Positions 12,511-25,066 of a stretch of DNA of 64,000 nt are shown one piece after another. The stretch comes from Lepidodermella squamata. Its lineage: Eukaryota > Animalia > Gastrotricha. The notes beneath the pieces were generated by a model, which saw only the letters and a program-made list of their open reading frames with translations, was not told the origin of the DNA and made no database searches. The stretch covers positions 1,302,001 to 1,366,000 of the forward strand of contig JBLDXI010000021.1 of the NCBI GenBank assembly GCA_047495785.1. Reading direction: 5' to 3'. Both the position numbers and the translations under genes were made by a program. Each line of letters begins with the position of its first letter. The stretch's first letter is position 1.

Positions 12511-13506
12511 TTATTTTCGTTCAGCGGCCAATTTTTTGCACTTGTTGACGCACGCAGTTCCAAATTCTGTCATGAAGGTTGCCATAACCTGTACGCATTT
12601 TAAGATAAATAGTTTCAATTTCCATCTCCGCAATGAAAACACGTTCTTACCATGTTGACAAGCGACCGTGGCATGAATCCCTATTAAACGCATAAAAATA
12701 TTATTGGATCAATTGGTCGCTCCAATTTCATTACCTTCATGTCAGTGTTGCTTATCCAATAAAACTCACTTCGATTAGGATTGTCTTTCAACGGTCTGAG
12801 GATTGCACCACTAGGCAGATCCTCGCCCCTGATGCAAATCGAATTAGGGTCAACAATATTTAAAATAGAGCTTTAACCTGACGCAACCGGATTCTTTTGT
12901 GGTTGGGGCTTTTGGATGATCTGTCTTGACAGTCAGCAATAAGTACCCGCCGTCATCCAGCTTTTTCTGAAAATTGATGCTGACGAAGTCACTGGGAAAT
13001 GGATTATAAGAAATATTTTCCGGCTTCATTTGTTTATAGTTTCCAACCGATTTGAAGCTCCACCGAACCCTCCAGTGACTGAATACGAAACCTGCCAATT
13101 TTCAGATTTCTCAAGAAACTCGTATCGTTGAATAGGAGGAACCCAATCGACAAGGTCCCCTTGCCTCACAATCCGATTGACGTACTCTTCAGGTGAAACG
13201 TCGATAATCAACTAAATAGAGAAAGTGACGCTAAATGACGTGAAAAATAGCATATCGCAAAGCCACCAACTTCAAGTTTCCAGACAGTGCCAATCTTTGG
13301 ATGAGATCCCTTGTAAACGAGGCCTGTGGTCTCTCGATCAGAGCCCCCTTTCAATTCCCAAGTTTTATTCTCGAAATCGCTGGCCATTGGCCATACCGTT
13401 GCCTCAAGATCGGTAAAAATGTCTTGAATCTGTACAAATGTGGGGAAAATTGCGGTAGTACAAATTTGGTGAAATAACCCACTTCTTTCTCGGTTTTGTA
13501 TGACAT
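12511..13506 (-). CDS. START-domain protein, paralog 4 (6 introns)
   Basis: MSYKTEKE|IQDIF..., ASNR|DFVSINF, CVR|GEDLPSG, NTDMK|GFMPRSLVNM|VMATFMTEFG...AERK*. Confidence 0.85.
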
Positions 13507-14078
13507 GATCTTAATAGGTGCAAGTAATTGCAAATTTAGGTATGATTAGTAGAACTGAGTTTTGGCTTTGTTCCCGTTATATCTTTTAACGTGGTCATGA
13601 ATAAGCGAGCCATGAGATAACGATTGCGGTAATACGCGATAAAGAATCACCGCCGTTCAGTAAGCCGATAGGTTCCCATTTAGATTTTTTCGACCTAATA
13701 ATTAGAACATACGATTTAACTATTTTCTTTTTTCTCTTTTGAAGTTTTAACAGGCAATCAAATTTTCCAAAGCGGGAGAGCATTTGCTACATTCGTCCGC
13801 GAATTTGAATATTTACCTGAGAAATTCCGGAAAAAAGAGGGTTCGGTATCAATCGATATTCTACCAAGTTTTACCATTAATATCATAACTTTTAGGATTT
13901 CTTTCAAATTTCAAGCGGTTTCGAGCTGGCATTTCGAATTTTTGGAACCTTCATAGCAAGAACATCGCCTCCCATTTTAGACTTTCTGCTCCCATGATGC
14001 CTATTTTCGTCGATTGAGTTTTTCTGGGACACATTGCTAACACATAACTAGTAGTGTTAAAGTCTTTTATGGTGTTTT

Positions 14079-15066
14079 TTATTTTCGTTCAGCAGCCAAT
14101 ATTTTGCACTTTTTCACGCACGCAGTTCCAAACTCCGTCATGAAAGTTGACATTCCCTGAAATATTTTTGAAACAATTATTGAAAAATTTGTCCGTTGCT
14201 AACATAATGGAACACGTTACCAAGTTAATGAGCGACCGTGGCATGAATCCCTATAATACACATAAAAAAAAGATAATTGGACCAATTAGTCACGCCAATG
14301 TCATTACCTTCATGTCAGTGTTGCTTACCCAATAAAACTCGCTACGATTAGGATTGTCTTTCAACGGTCTGAGGATTCTCCGCCCTGTAAAAATCAAATT
14401 AGGGTCAAAAGTCAAAAATATTTAAACCAGAGTTTTCACCTGACGCAGCCGGACTCTTTTGTGGTTGGGGCTTTTGGATGATCTGTCTTAACAATTAGCA
14501 ATAAGAACCCACCGTCATCCAACTTTTTCTGAAATTCGATGCTGACAAAATCGCTGGGAAATAGATGATAAGGAGTATTTTCTGCTGAAGGCTTCGTTTC
14601 CTGATTTTTACAAACCGATTTGAGACTCCAGGGAACCCTCCAGTAATTGAATAGGAAACCTGCCAATTTGCAGATTTCTCAAGAAACTCGTATCGTTGGA
14701 TATGAGGAATCCAGCCAACAAGATCCCCTTGCTTAACAATCTTATCGACGTACTCCTCTGGTGAAACATCGATGATTAACTTGATAAAGAAAATGGCGTG
14801 GAACGTCGACAAAATGGCTTCAATAAACAACAAACTTCCAGTTTCCAGACAGTGCCGATCTTAGGATGAGATCCCTTGTAAACGAGGCCTGTAGTCTCTC
14901 GATCAGAGCCCCCTTTCAATTCCCAAGTTTTATTCTCGAAATCGCTGGCCATCGGCCATACTGTAGCTTCAAGATCGGTGAAGATTTCTTGAATCTGAAA
15001 AATATGGGAAAATTAATTGTAAAATTCAGTGTATTAGCCCACTTCTTTCTCCGCTTTGTATGGCAT
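14079..15066 (-). pseudogene. START-domain paralog 5, frameshifted by a net 17-nt deletion at the start of exon 5
   Basis: Close copy of paralogs 4 and 6, but exon 5 starts GGCGGAGAATCCTC instead of GGGCGAGGATCTGCCTAGTGGTGCAATCCTC. This removes GExLPSG and gives a premature TAA at 14348-14350. Confidence 0.75.
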
Positions 15067-15501
15067 GATGGTATATGGGATGGTAATTGCAAATTTAGGT
15101 TTTGATTTGTAGAGCTGCTTTGCTCCCGTAATCCGTGATATCTTTTAACGTATGGTCATGAATAACCTAGCTATGATAACCGTAACGGTAATACGCGATA
15201 AGGAATCATCACCGCTGTTCAGTAAGCTGACAGGGCCCATTTTATATATTTTGACTAAATAATTGGAACAAAAGATTGAATCTCGAGCGGCTGAATTTAT
15301 TTCGGCTCAAAACCTCCTTCAGTTCATTTCTTTAAGAAATATCAAAATATTAAAATATTACCGAATTTTTCGGACGGTGATCATGCTCGCAGAAAGGCTG
15401 GTGAATCATTGTTTATTATTTATTCAGTCGCTCTCTGTAGCGAAGCCCATGCGCGGCTGCTATTTTTATTGCTAATGAATTTAATTGTTGGGGCCCGAGA
15501 C

Positions 15502-16073
15502 GAAATTCGGCCCGAACGCGTTCGGGTCAGCCCGTACGCGGTCGGGTAACGGCACTTTACCACTCCGCGCTCGGGCCGGTTTAAAATATGCCCGTATGCG
15601 GCGTTTACTGTAAATTTAATATTTATTCGAGAGAATCACGCTTCACCGCACACGGGCCGGCCAAGGTGCCAGCCCGAGCACGGCGGAGAACAATGGGATC
15701 CAGCGCTATTGTTCAGCGCCGTACTTGGGCCGCCGGGCTCGGGCCTCTGGAATCGGGTCGTCGGGCTTGGGTCGCCGGGCTCGGGTCATCCTACAACCAA
15801 CGCCCACCCCGACAATTTTACCAAGTCCCGGCCCGAGCCCGGCGGCCCGAGTACGGCGCTGAACAATAGCGCTGGATCCCATTGTTCTCCGCCGTGCTCG
15901 GGCTGGCACCTTGGCCGGCCCGTGTGCGGTGAAGCGTGATTCTCTCGAATAAATACTAAATTTACAGTAAACGTCGCATACGGGCATGTTTTAAAACGGC
16001 CCGAGCGCGGAGCGGCAAATCAATGCTATCCTTCTGCGTACGGGCCGGCCGGAGCTCGTACGGGCCGAGTTTT
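15502..16073. repeat. GC-rich long inverted repeat (foldback/MITE-like), arms ~245 bp, spacer ~85 bp
   Basis: 15563-15745 is almost the exact reverse complement of 15829-16012, and the two mirror ORFs in the track are near-identical. Repeated GCCCGAG/CTCGGGC motifs. Confidence 0.85.
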
Positions 16074-16378
16074 AGCGGTAACACCGGAAGAGCCGGAAGA
16101 AATCACAGAAAAATCCGATTGCAACTGATTCAGTAATAAAATTGACAATCCAACCCAAATTATCTAAGTTCTCCGGCTTTTTTATCACTGCTGACAGCTA
16201 CTCAATTGCCAGTTTAACGACAATCCGAATTTTTCCTGCCATTATTAAAAAGAGTATCGCCTCTCATTTGGTCTTTCTGATCCCTTTTACGCATATTTTC
16301 TTGGATTGCGTTTTAATCATGGGGCACGATGCTTTTACCTATAATCGATAATTAGAGTTCAAGCGTTTTTTAATGTTT

Positions 16379-17361
16379 TTATTTTCGTTCGGCAGCCATT
16401 TTTTTGCACTTGTTCACACACGCAGTTCCAAACTCCGTCATGAAAGTTGACATCACCTGTAATTTTTTGAAGCAATTATATAATTATTGCTAACATAATG
16501 GAACACGTTACCAAGTTAATGAGCGACCGTGGCATGAATCCCTATTAAATGCATAAATGGATTATTGGACCAATTAGTCACACCCAAGTCATTACCTTCA
16601 TGTCAGTGTTGTTCACCCAATAAAACTCGCTTCGATTAGGATCGTCTTTCAAGGGTCTGATGATCGCACCACTAGGCAAATACTCGCCTCTGCAAATCAA
16701 GTTAAATGGCAAATATATGAACTAGAGTCGGCTGACAAACCTGACACAACCGGACTCTTTTGCAGTTGGAGCTTTCGGGTGATCTGTCTTGATTGTCAAC
16801 AGCAAGTAAGCCCCGCCCTCGAGCTTTTTCTGAAAGTTGATGCTGACAAAGTCGCTGGAGAGAAGAATTTGAAGTAATGCCAGATCAAAAAGTGATTCCT
16901 CAATAAATTTACCGGCTGGAAACTCCGGCAAAGCCCTCCGTAACAGAATAAGTCACTTGCCAATTTTCAGACTTTTCGAGAAACTCGTATCGCTTGACGT
17001 GGGGAACCCAGTCGAGGAGCTCACCTTGTCTCACAAAACGCTCGACGTACTCATCGGGTGAAATGTCTAATACCAGCTATAAAAATGGATTGGAAATAAA
17101 AAATCGCCGATCAGGGAAGCTAACCTCAAGTTTCCAGACAGTGCCGATCTTAGGATGAGATCCCTTGTAAACGAGGCCAGAATTCTCGCGATCAGAACCG
17201 CCCTTCAACTGCCAAGTTTTATTCTCGAAATCGCTCGCCATCGGCCATACTGTAGCTTCAAGATCCGTGAGAATGTCTTGAATCTGTAAAAATATGTGCA
17301 TGCTATGATAGCCTAATTTCGCAGCAAATTAGCCCACCTCTTTCTCTGTTTTGTAAGGCAT
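16379..17361 (-). CDS. START-domain protein, paralog 6 (6 introns, intact)
   Basis: MPYKTEKE|IQDIL..., VSSR|DFVSINF, CVR|GEYLPSG, NTDMK|GFMPRSLINL|VMSTFMTEFG...AERK*. Confidence 0.88.
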
Positions 17362-18214
17362 GATCTGTTATAGTGGACTAGTATGTTAATTTATATACGT
17401 ATGCTTTTTTGAGTGAAATATAGCTATGTAACCGCTTTGGCTAGCTGTGTACTAATAGTCGTCCCGTTATATCTTCTAACGCGGTCATAAATTAACCAGC
17501 CTTGATAACGGTTGCGTTGATACGCGATAAAAAATTACACTGCGCAAAAAGTCCGGGCATCAGCCCTTGATTCGCATGGGTCGTGAATTGCGAAAAATTA
17601 CCATGATCTTGATCTTGAAGTTCATACAGTTGTCTATGAATGAGCCGGAAGTGTGCGCCACTGAAATTTGTCCGGATCATGTCGTGTCAAAGTAAACCGG
17701 ACTTATATGGGTGGAGTCTTGTGACTAATACAGCAAAAGGTCAGAGTAATCTTTGGGGGTTCCATTCGCAAACATTTATTGGAGAGAGAACTATGGTGAA
17801 CAAAAAATGAATGAATCAGTTTTTTAAATCGTATCATATATACCAGGTTTGCCCGTTTTCAAGCTCATTTATGCATAACCAGACTCCGGACTTCTGAACC
17901 TTAAAACAGGTCGAGAATGGTCTGAAATGAGGGAATACTCTATGGGTAGTCATGGGGAAATATTATCTCCCCTCCCGATCTAAAACGGAGATTTAGAGAG
18001 TGACCGCCAACCTAGTTACAATTAGTTTGAATCTCGGGCGGCCGCAGCGTTTTACTCTGTGTCGAAAACATTATAAATTCTTTGATAAAATGTATGGCAA
18101 TGTTGAAAAATATCTCAATATCGTCTTCCATATTAAGGTTATTTTGTCCCCGGACAGTGATCTCAAATTTTATTGTTTGGCAAATCATTGTTCCATTCAG
18201 TCGCCGTAATGAAG

Positions 18215-19161
18215 CTAGGGCGATGTTCGCGCGGCTGCCAACTTTTTCGCCTTGGCTGTGACAGCACTGCCGAATTCGAGCATGAAACCAGATAGTACCA
18301 TGTTGATAACAGAGCGAGGTATGAAGCCCTGAAATAGGTAAATTTTGCATATAAAATTGAATATAGAAAACGGAAAACAAAACGCACTTTCATGTCAGTA
18401 TTGCTAATCCAATGCATTGTACTCTTGTTCGGATCTCCTTCAACAGGAATCAGATAGCTAGCCGAAGGCAAATATTCACCCCTAAAATAAAAAAATATAT
18501 AAATAGGTATCAATAATTTATTGTTAGATTTTACCTAACACAGCCAGAAGTTTTCGGTTGAGCTGGATGGTCAGTCGCAACAGTGAGAGCCTCAAGACTG
18601 CCGTTCTCGGTCAGTTTTATAAAATTCACACTTAGGAAATCCCTGATGAAGATTTAACATGAATAAATCACAATCAACATAGTGAAAAATGTATCTTACC
18701 GAGCGGAAACTGGACCTATCCGGTTAGCGTAGGACCAAGTCACCTCCCAATCATTATTCGGACTGCGCTCTACAACCTTGTAATCGGAAAGATTAGGCAC
18801 CCAGCCAACGAGGTCGTTTGAAAAAATAATCTTCTCCAAATACTCCTTAGGCGATATGTCGATATTAACCTATTTACGAATTTATTGAGTGATATTGCTG
18901 ATTGTCCGTGACAGTGATTGAACTTACCACAAGCTTCCACATAGTGCCAAGTTTTTCGTGTTCAGCGCGATAAACCAGACCTGTTGTATTGATATCGGTT
19001 CCGCTTTTGAGTGTCCACTTTTTATTTTCGACATCACTAACCCATGGCCAAATAGTATCATAGGTATCCTTGCGGATCTTATCAAGCTAAAATTGAAGGC
19101 ATAGGAAATTAAAAGTATCATTTAGGAAAATACTTACTTCCTCTGCGGTTTTGTAGGGCAT
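18215..19161 (-). CDS. START-domain protein, paralog 7 (5 introns)
   Basis: MPYKTAEE|LDKIRK..., GPVSAR|DFLSVNF, CVR|GEYLPSA, NTDMK|GFIPRSVINMVLSGFMLEFG...TSP*. Confidence 0.88.
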
Positions 19162-21195
19162 TCTTCTTTACTTGATAACAAGTTGGTCTATGAAAGGAAG
19201 ATTTGAAATAGCAAAGCCCAAAATTTCTAATATAACGATCGTAATAGCTGCTGTATATTTCTAATGTAAGAAATGTCCGCCAGTAAGAGTGCCTAAAGCG
19301 TAGTGTAGTATTTTATTACGAGAATAATCAATTTTTTTCCAGGCAAGTTTTTTTCACGTGTTTTTCCTATCCTATACTACATAGCTCTATATGTAGTGAG
19401 CTACGGAACGTTTGAATCCACCGGGGATTTTTTCAGAAGGCGTATACGCTGTGCACACAAGCTATGAACGCCATTAGGTGAATGAAACAATGCCTCATGT
19501 CTCAGATAGAGGGTCATATTTGTGTTAAATTTACAGGGTGAAAACTTGAGATGTGTCTGTTAAAAGTTTAACATCATATAAGGATATAGAACGAATTGAA
19601 AATCATTCGATAGGTAATTGAAAGAAATTGCATTTAAAATTAAAATCCAGCGTCCGCGAGACATTATAGATCTAGGAGAATTATCGCTCTTTGACTATAT
19701 ATTATAGAATCCTATAAAATCGAATGCACATGAAAGGAAATGCATGCGACGCTTGAGTTACTATTGCTAGTAGAGGAATGGCGAAATCGATAAGGAGAAG
19801 GGATAGCTTGATTCGCCGGCGCGTTGTATTATATCTGAGAGCATCTTCTTGATGCGATCAATATAGGAAGCGATATTAGGACCTTCACGGTTCATGGTCA
19901 AAATTTGATAACAAATTCGATCAACAATGATTCAACGTTTTATAATAGATAGTAGAAGATTTAGCAATTGAAATCGAAAATGAGCAATTGTCAATGACAT
20001 TTTGAGCGCCGTTGAATATTCTCGAATTCGGAATCTCTCCTGCAGAACCGTGCGGAACTGATCAGGACATAGATTTGATACAAATGGACAGATGGACAAA
20101 TGGATTCATCGATAAGGGCAAAGGCTCGAATATATGCAATTTTGAAATGACTTTATTTTAAAGATAAATCTCCGTTTAGGACGGAAATCAAAATTAAATA
20201 ATGAAACGCATTTTATAATTGATTTGATTCATATAATTCAAGCGATCGCAATCGCTCCAAGCAACAGGCCAAGATTCCTAACCAGGGCCAATAGGCCGGC
20301 ATTGCCTTGCCAAACAAGTTGCAAGTTGCTATAACCATCCTGCATTGCAAAGGATATGTATAGCCTTGATTTGATCGAAGTGCATGGGGATTATACATCG
20401 TCGCTCGTGGAACCCTGACAACAGAAGCCAAGAAACGTCTTCACGATTACGGAATCAACAGCATCGCGGCTATTGAAATCGCTTCAAAAGCCCTAGGCAT
20501 ATTATCAGAATCGTAAGTTTGAATCGTACAACGACGATAAATGGTTTATAGAGCTATATATACATTCAGCTATCGATCGATTTGCAATATATCAAAACAA
20601 TGATAAATCGAACGTGATGTTTTCAGGCAAAAAATCGGGGTAGTCCGCCCACTTACACGTCACACGACTTAGGACGAGTGCTTAAGCTTTACCGTACTAG
20701 GCCTTTGTCCGGTTTTGTAAACCATCAACGACCAACGACCAGACGCTGCAAAAAATAGTTGGACTTTGACACATCAAACCGAGCCTAGAATGGATATCAA
20801 GTTTGTTAGAATGGCGATTCAATAGATGTTTATTTGTTTCAACGTTTTAACGAAAGGCTGCGCTGAGCTTGGGGACTACATTAACGCAGAAAGTGTACAG
20901 CAATACAAGGTGGAGCCGACCGCGCAAAAACGAGTGGTCAAGTATAAGGAATTCGCATTCAAATCAAAGAATTGCACTTTGCCTTTTGTTCGAAACCCCA
21001 CAACAAACTCATCGGTCCTATGTGACGATTGAAGTTTAAAAAATGCTAAATATCGCTATCTAAAGCGCTAAAAACCAGAATATGACTTCAAGAACAAAAA
21101 AAAACCAATGAAGTCTCATTTTTTCGGCAAAAATGTACAGAATTTTTTTTCAAATCTTAATTTAATGGCCATTGCCAGCTTGATATTTCGAATTA

Positions 21196-21573
21196 CAGAG
21201 CCAGGCAAAAGTTATTCTACAGACGCATTTCTTATTATCATTATTGTCATCATTAGGAGTCATATGACCGTCAATTTATTAAACTTCTTTATTTTCATGC
21301 CGACATTTCGTGTATTAGGTTGAAGAAGTTGTCGGTCACATGACTCCTAATGACGACTCCCGCTCTCGACGGCAGACGACATTACACCTTCTGTCATCAA
21401 AGACTCGTCAAGAATTGTTAATAACCCCTTTATACTAGATGAAAAATGTCCTCTACCGATAAAACATAACTAAAATTAACTATATCAATGTCGGCTCACT
21501 GACTATTGAATTTTCAATTAACTAACTAATCATAATAAGAAATGCTTCTGTAGAATAACTTCTGTTGGACCCG
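21196..21573. mobile_element. Tc1/mariner-type MITE (~380 bp)
   Basis: Flanked by TA on both sides. ~45-bp TIR with core AAGTTATTCTACAGA(C/A)GCATTTCTTATTAT. Second internal inverted pair at ~21247-21277 and ~21328-21357. Confidence 0.7.
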
Positions 21574-22408
21574 TATCTGGATGCGCTTTGCGGTTAGTGA
21601 GAGACATTTTATAATTTGGCAGGATTCAGGATTTAATTTTCCACACATTTTACTTTTATTTTACACATCCGAGTGTCGAGATACTCCTAGAGATATTAGG
21701 AACGCTAGGCGCTATCGAATTGATTTTCTATTTTTCTTTTACTCTCAAAATGAATGAAGGAAAACCACTTTTTGCTTGATTAAGTGAAGCGTTTCCTGAG
21801 CCTCAGGTGTTGGCTAAATAGGCCGGCACACGTGTGAATGCTAATGCGACGTAATAATTCGTCATCATCTGCCCCTATATTGTTTATTTATTTATTTACA
21901 AGGCGAGTCATCGACCTTTAGCGCCGAGAAACGCGCAACAGCCATGTCTGATGCGAGAGAGAGAGAGAGCACTTTCACTCGCTGCTCGCCGGCTGATGCT
22001 CAGCGAGGCACAGTTGACAAACAACAAAGAGCTAACGACAAACGACAGACCGGTGCGCGCTTAACTGGCGTAGTATAGGTACACACAACATGCCTAGCAG
22101 AGAAGTCGCTCGACAACCAACACAAAATATATCACAACACAGATTTAACGCACGTTCTATTCTCTTCTCTCTATTCAGCTGTTTTCGCGGCTGCTGTGAA
22201 TAAACTAGCTCGTACTCGCCACCACTGCAAGCCACCGCCGCAAAACGTGCTGCTAACAGTTTTCAGCTCAACCTGGAGCTTGCCAGAATAAACTTTGCAA
22301 TTTTTTCATGTTGTGATATCTTTATTTATTTACCTACCTACCTACTAGAAGCTAATGGCTAATTAAACTAATGTTTAACAGCACTTTTGTCACTGTGGCG
22401 TAGGATGA

Positions 22409-25066
22409 ATGCCATCGACACCGATCAACATATTTAAGAGCAGTCCGCCTTCCGATGACCATGATCACCTGCTGGTGTGGAAGCGGCGCCGTCATCAAAT
22501 TATGGCCGTGCTATTTCCGCGCAATCGAAATCGATGCATATCATTCGTCTTTGTTTACCTCATCGTTTTATCGCTAATCACGTATTTCCTACTCGCGAAA
22601 TCAGCGCCTTGCTTCAGCTGTCTATGGATCTCGGATGACAGCAGACCGCTGAATCCACCGGAAAATAGCCAAGCTGGGCTTGAAGACAAAAAAGTACTGG
22701 ACAACGTGCTCGAGCAACTTAGAGAGCGCGTCGTTAAAATTTCAAATTTAACCGAAAATGGCCATCAGAAATCTATCGAAGAGAAACCACTTCCCGATGA
22801 AGAAAAGGAAGAAATTCGAACACCACCACCGGCGAAACTCGACCCTAGAGTTAAACAGGCCTTGGATGTCATTCAGGCGATAATCGATCAGCCATTTTCG
22901 AGTGACGCGGAAGAGTTCGAAAAATCCTCCATCCATTTTTATGGACTTCAGACGCGATTTGAGAACGTTTTCATGAATCTGTTGTTGCCACGTGATGACG
23001 ATTCTAAGGATGCGAACAAAAAGCGGCAGCTCAGAATGGCGACTGTTGGCGGATCGATTACGGTTGGGAATGGCATCCCGGTAAATTTTATCGTGAAAAT
23101 TTTTGTTTAATTCCAAAAATTATTTTATAGCGAGGATTAGGCTACTTCAACCATTTTTACAAATGGCTATCAGCCCCGCTGAAAGAGCACGGCATCGAGT
23201 TGACATTTGCGAACGCTGCTATAGGGGCGAGTGGGAGGTGAAATAATCAAAATTAGTAGAAAATTATTTCATCGACATTTTTTTTTCAGTGAATATTTTT
23301 CAATGTGCATAGAAGAATATTTCAACCTGAATGAAATTGATATTCTGCTGGTTGAATTCGCATTCAATGATGGTCGGTATGTTTTCTACATGTCCGGCTA
23401 CCAGCCTGACGGAGCTCGACCACTTGAAGGTAAAATTTCGGTGTTTCAGCCGAATTTTTGTTAAAATTTCGATTTTACTCTAGAACTCATCCGAGCTGTG
23501 TGGCGGAAGAACCCGATGATTCACATAGTTCTAGTGAATTTTCCGTTTATTAAAAATATTTTCAAGCTGTACTACCCGCCGAAATGCGAGTCTATTGAAG
23601 ACGACGTCTATCTAAGAGTTGCTAGGCACTACCAACTTTCCGCCATCAGGTGGAAACACATGTTTTGCAATAACAATAGCTCAACAATGACTCGCGAGGA
23701 ACAGCAAAAATTAGCCGGTAAATAATTTAAAAATTAATTAACCCCATTAAAGATTAAAGCCCAGAATGTTTTTAAGAAAATCTTTGATTTTTCTTTCCCT
23801 ATTGACACGTGCTATTTCGATAGAGAAAAAATTGGGGAGCAAGAATTCGAAAACCGCATATTTTTATCATTTACGGTTACGGAGAAATTCCAGTTTCAAG
23901 TTGGTCACGTGACCTTACCTGGTGTCACACCTGAGGGGTTATCTCGGGAACAGTGATAGCTAAGAAGCCGCTCTCAAAGAATTGGTTCATCAGCGTGATG
24001 AGATCTATCTAGAAATGCATTCAGTTGGGTCATAGGTGATATGTCATGCAAAATCGATTTTGATGTGACATTTTAGTTCAGTTTGGTGGGTTGTAGTCAC
24101 CATACAGGATTATTTAAATATATAGGGTGGTCGAATAATAAATAAGTTGATTATTATTAATTAAAAAAATCAGCTGATTTATTTGTATACTTTGTAGAAA
24201 TTTATGTCGCTGGCGATGGCAATCATCCGAGTTCATTGGTCCACCTTCAGATGGCCGAATTCCTTGTCCATTATTTTCGAACCGCTCTTCGCCATTTGTC
24301 TCATCGGCTGCGCATCGCTCGAGGCGCGTCGACCGTCGGCGCTATGCAAATCGCCGATAAACTGACAATCGACGAGCACGTTTCGCGGCTCGTCTACGGC
24401 TCGCCAGTTTTCCGCTCAACGTGGATCGATGCTTCAGACTGTTTCGCGTCTTTCGACCGGCCGTTTCGTCGTAATACTCGGCTCACTAAAGCCCTCGCCA
24501 ACGCCTCTAGTGATTTCTCGCTTGACAACGTATTCACGATAAATATTTTCGAAAAGAACGGCGCTTATTTCCAAGATAATCTTCAACTGTTCATCTTGGA
24601 AAAGTCGCCGTCTTATCTGAATTTTCAGTTGACTGATTTACGCCAACAATCGCCGTGCCGTGATTCGAAAATTGGCTTCGAACCGCGGCTAGCGATTGCC
24701 TATACCCTATGCAAAGACTGCTCCCCAGGTGAATTGCTCATCCAGGCAACTTTTGTGATGATGGATCACCAAGTCCACAACGCCTCAATTCGGCTCAAAT
24801 TGAAATCGCACGGCTTCAAAACCAACTACGTCCACTCGCTGCCGTCGTTTGCCGAACTGCTAGCGCCGAAAACCGGCCCGGAAACGGCGAGAAGTCGGTT
24901 TTGTGAAAACAACGAGAAGCCTTTCATCGCCAACATCCGGCTGCGAATCGACCAAACCAGCGTCAACTACCCTCTGCTTTTGCACGCTGTTGTTGTTAAC
25001 TATGACTGCTGCGATTCAAATCGGCAAGAAACAGCGGCAATTTACTCGGATAGTAGAGCGCTATGA
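22409..25066 (+). CDS. Type II membrane SGNH/GDSL-like hydrolase (start may be the second Met at 22502)
   Basis: N-terminal TM helix (ISFVFVYLIVLSLITYFLLA) and stem, then SGNH blocks: I TVGGSITVG, II NAAIGASGSEYF, III LLVEFAFND, V GDGNHPS. Five exons; the last intron is unusually long (~23720-24197). Confidence 0.75.

Noticed and set aside
15588-15987. Two near-identical 93-aa ORFs on opposite strands
   Set aside because: They are a by-product of the DNA palindrome; no coding signature.
19490-20520. Segment with splice-like sites and protein-like fragments (…EAKKRLHDYGINSIAAIEIASKALG…)
   Set aside because: All frames are interrupted by stops and I cannot assign a family; at most a heavily decayed pseudogene.
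21953-21970. (GA)n tracts here and at ~25305-25320
   Set aside because: Short ordinary microsatellites.
23720-24197. Long intron with transposon-like internal sequence; similar texture at ~27150-27880, 36150-36480 and 42690-42960
   Set aside because: No convincing TIR or TSD found by eye; needs a repeat library.
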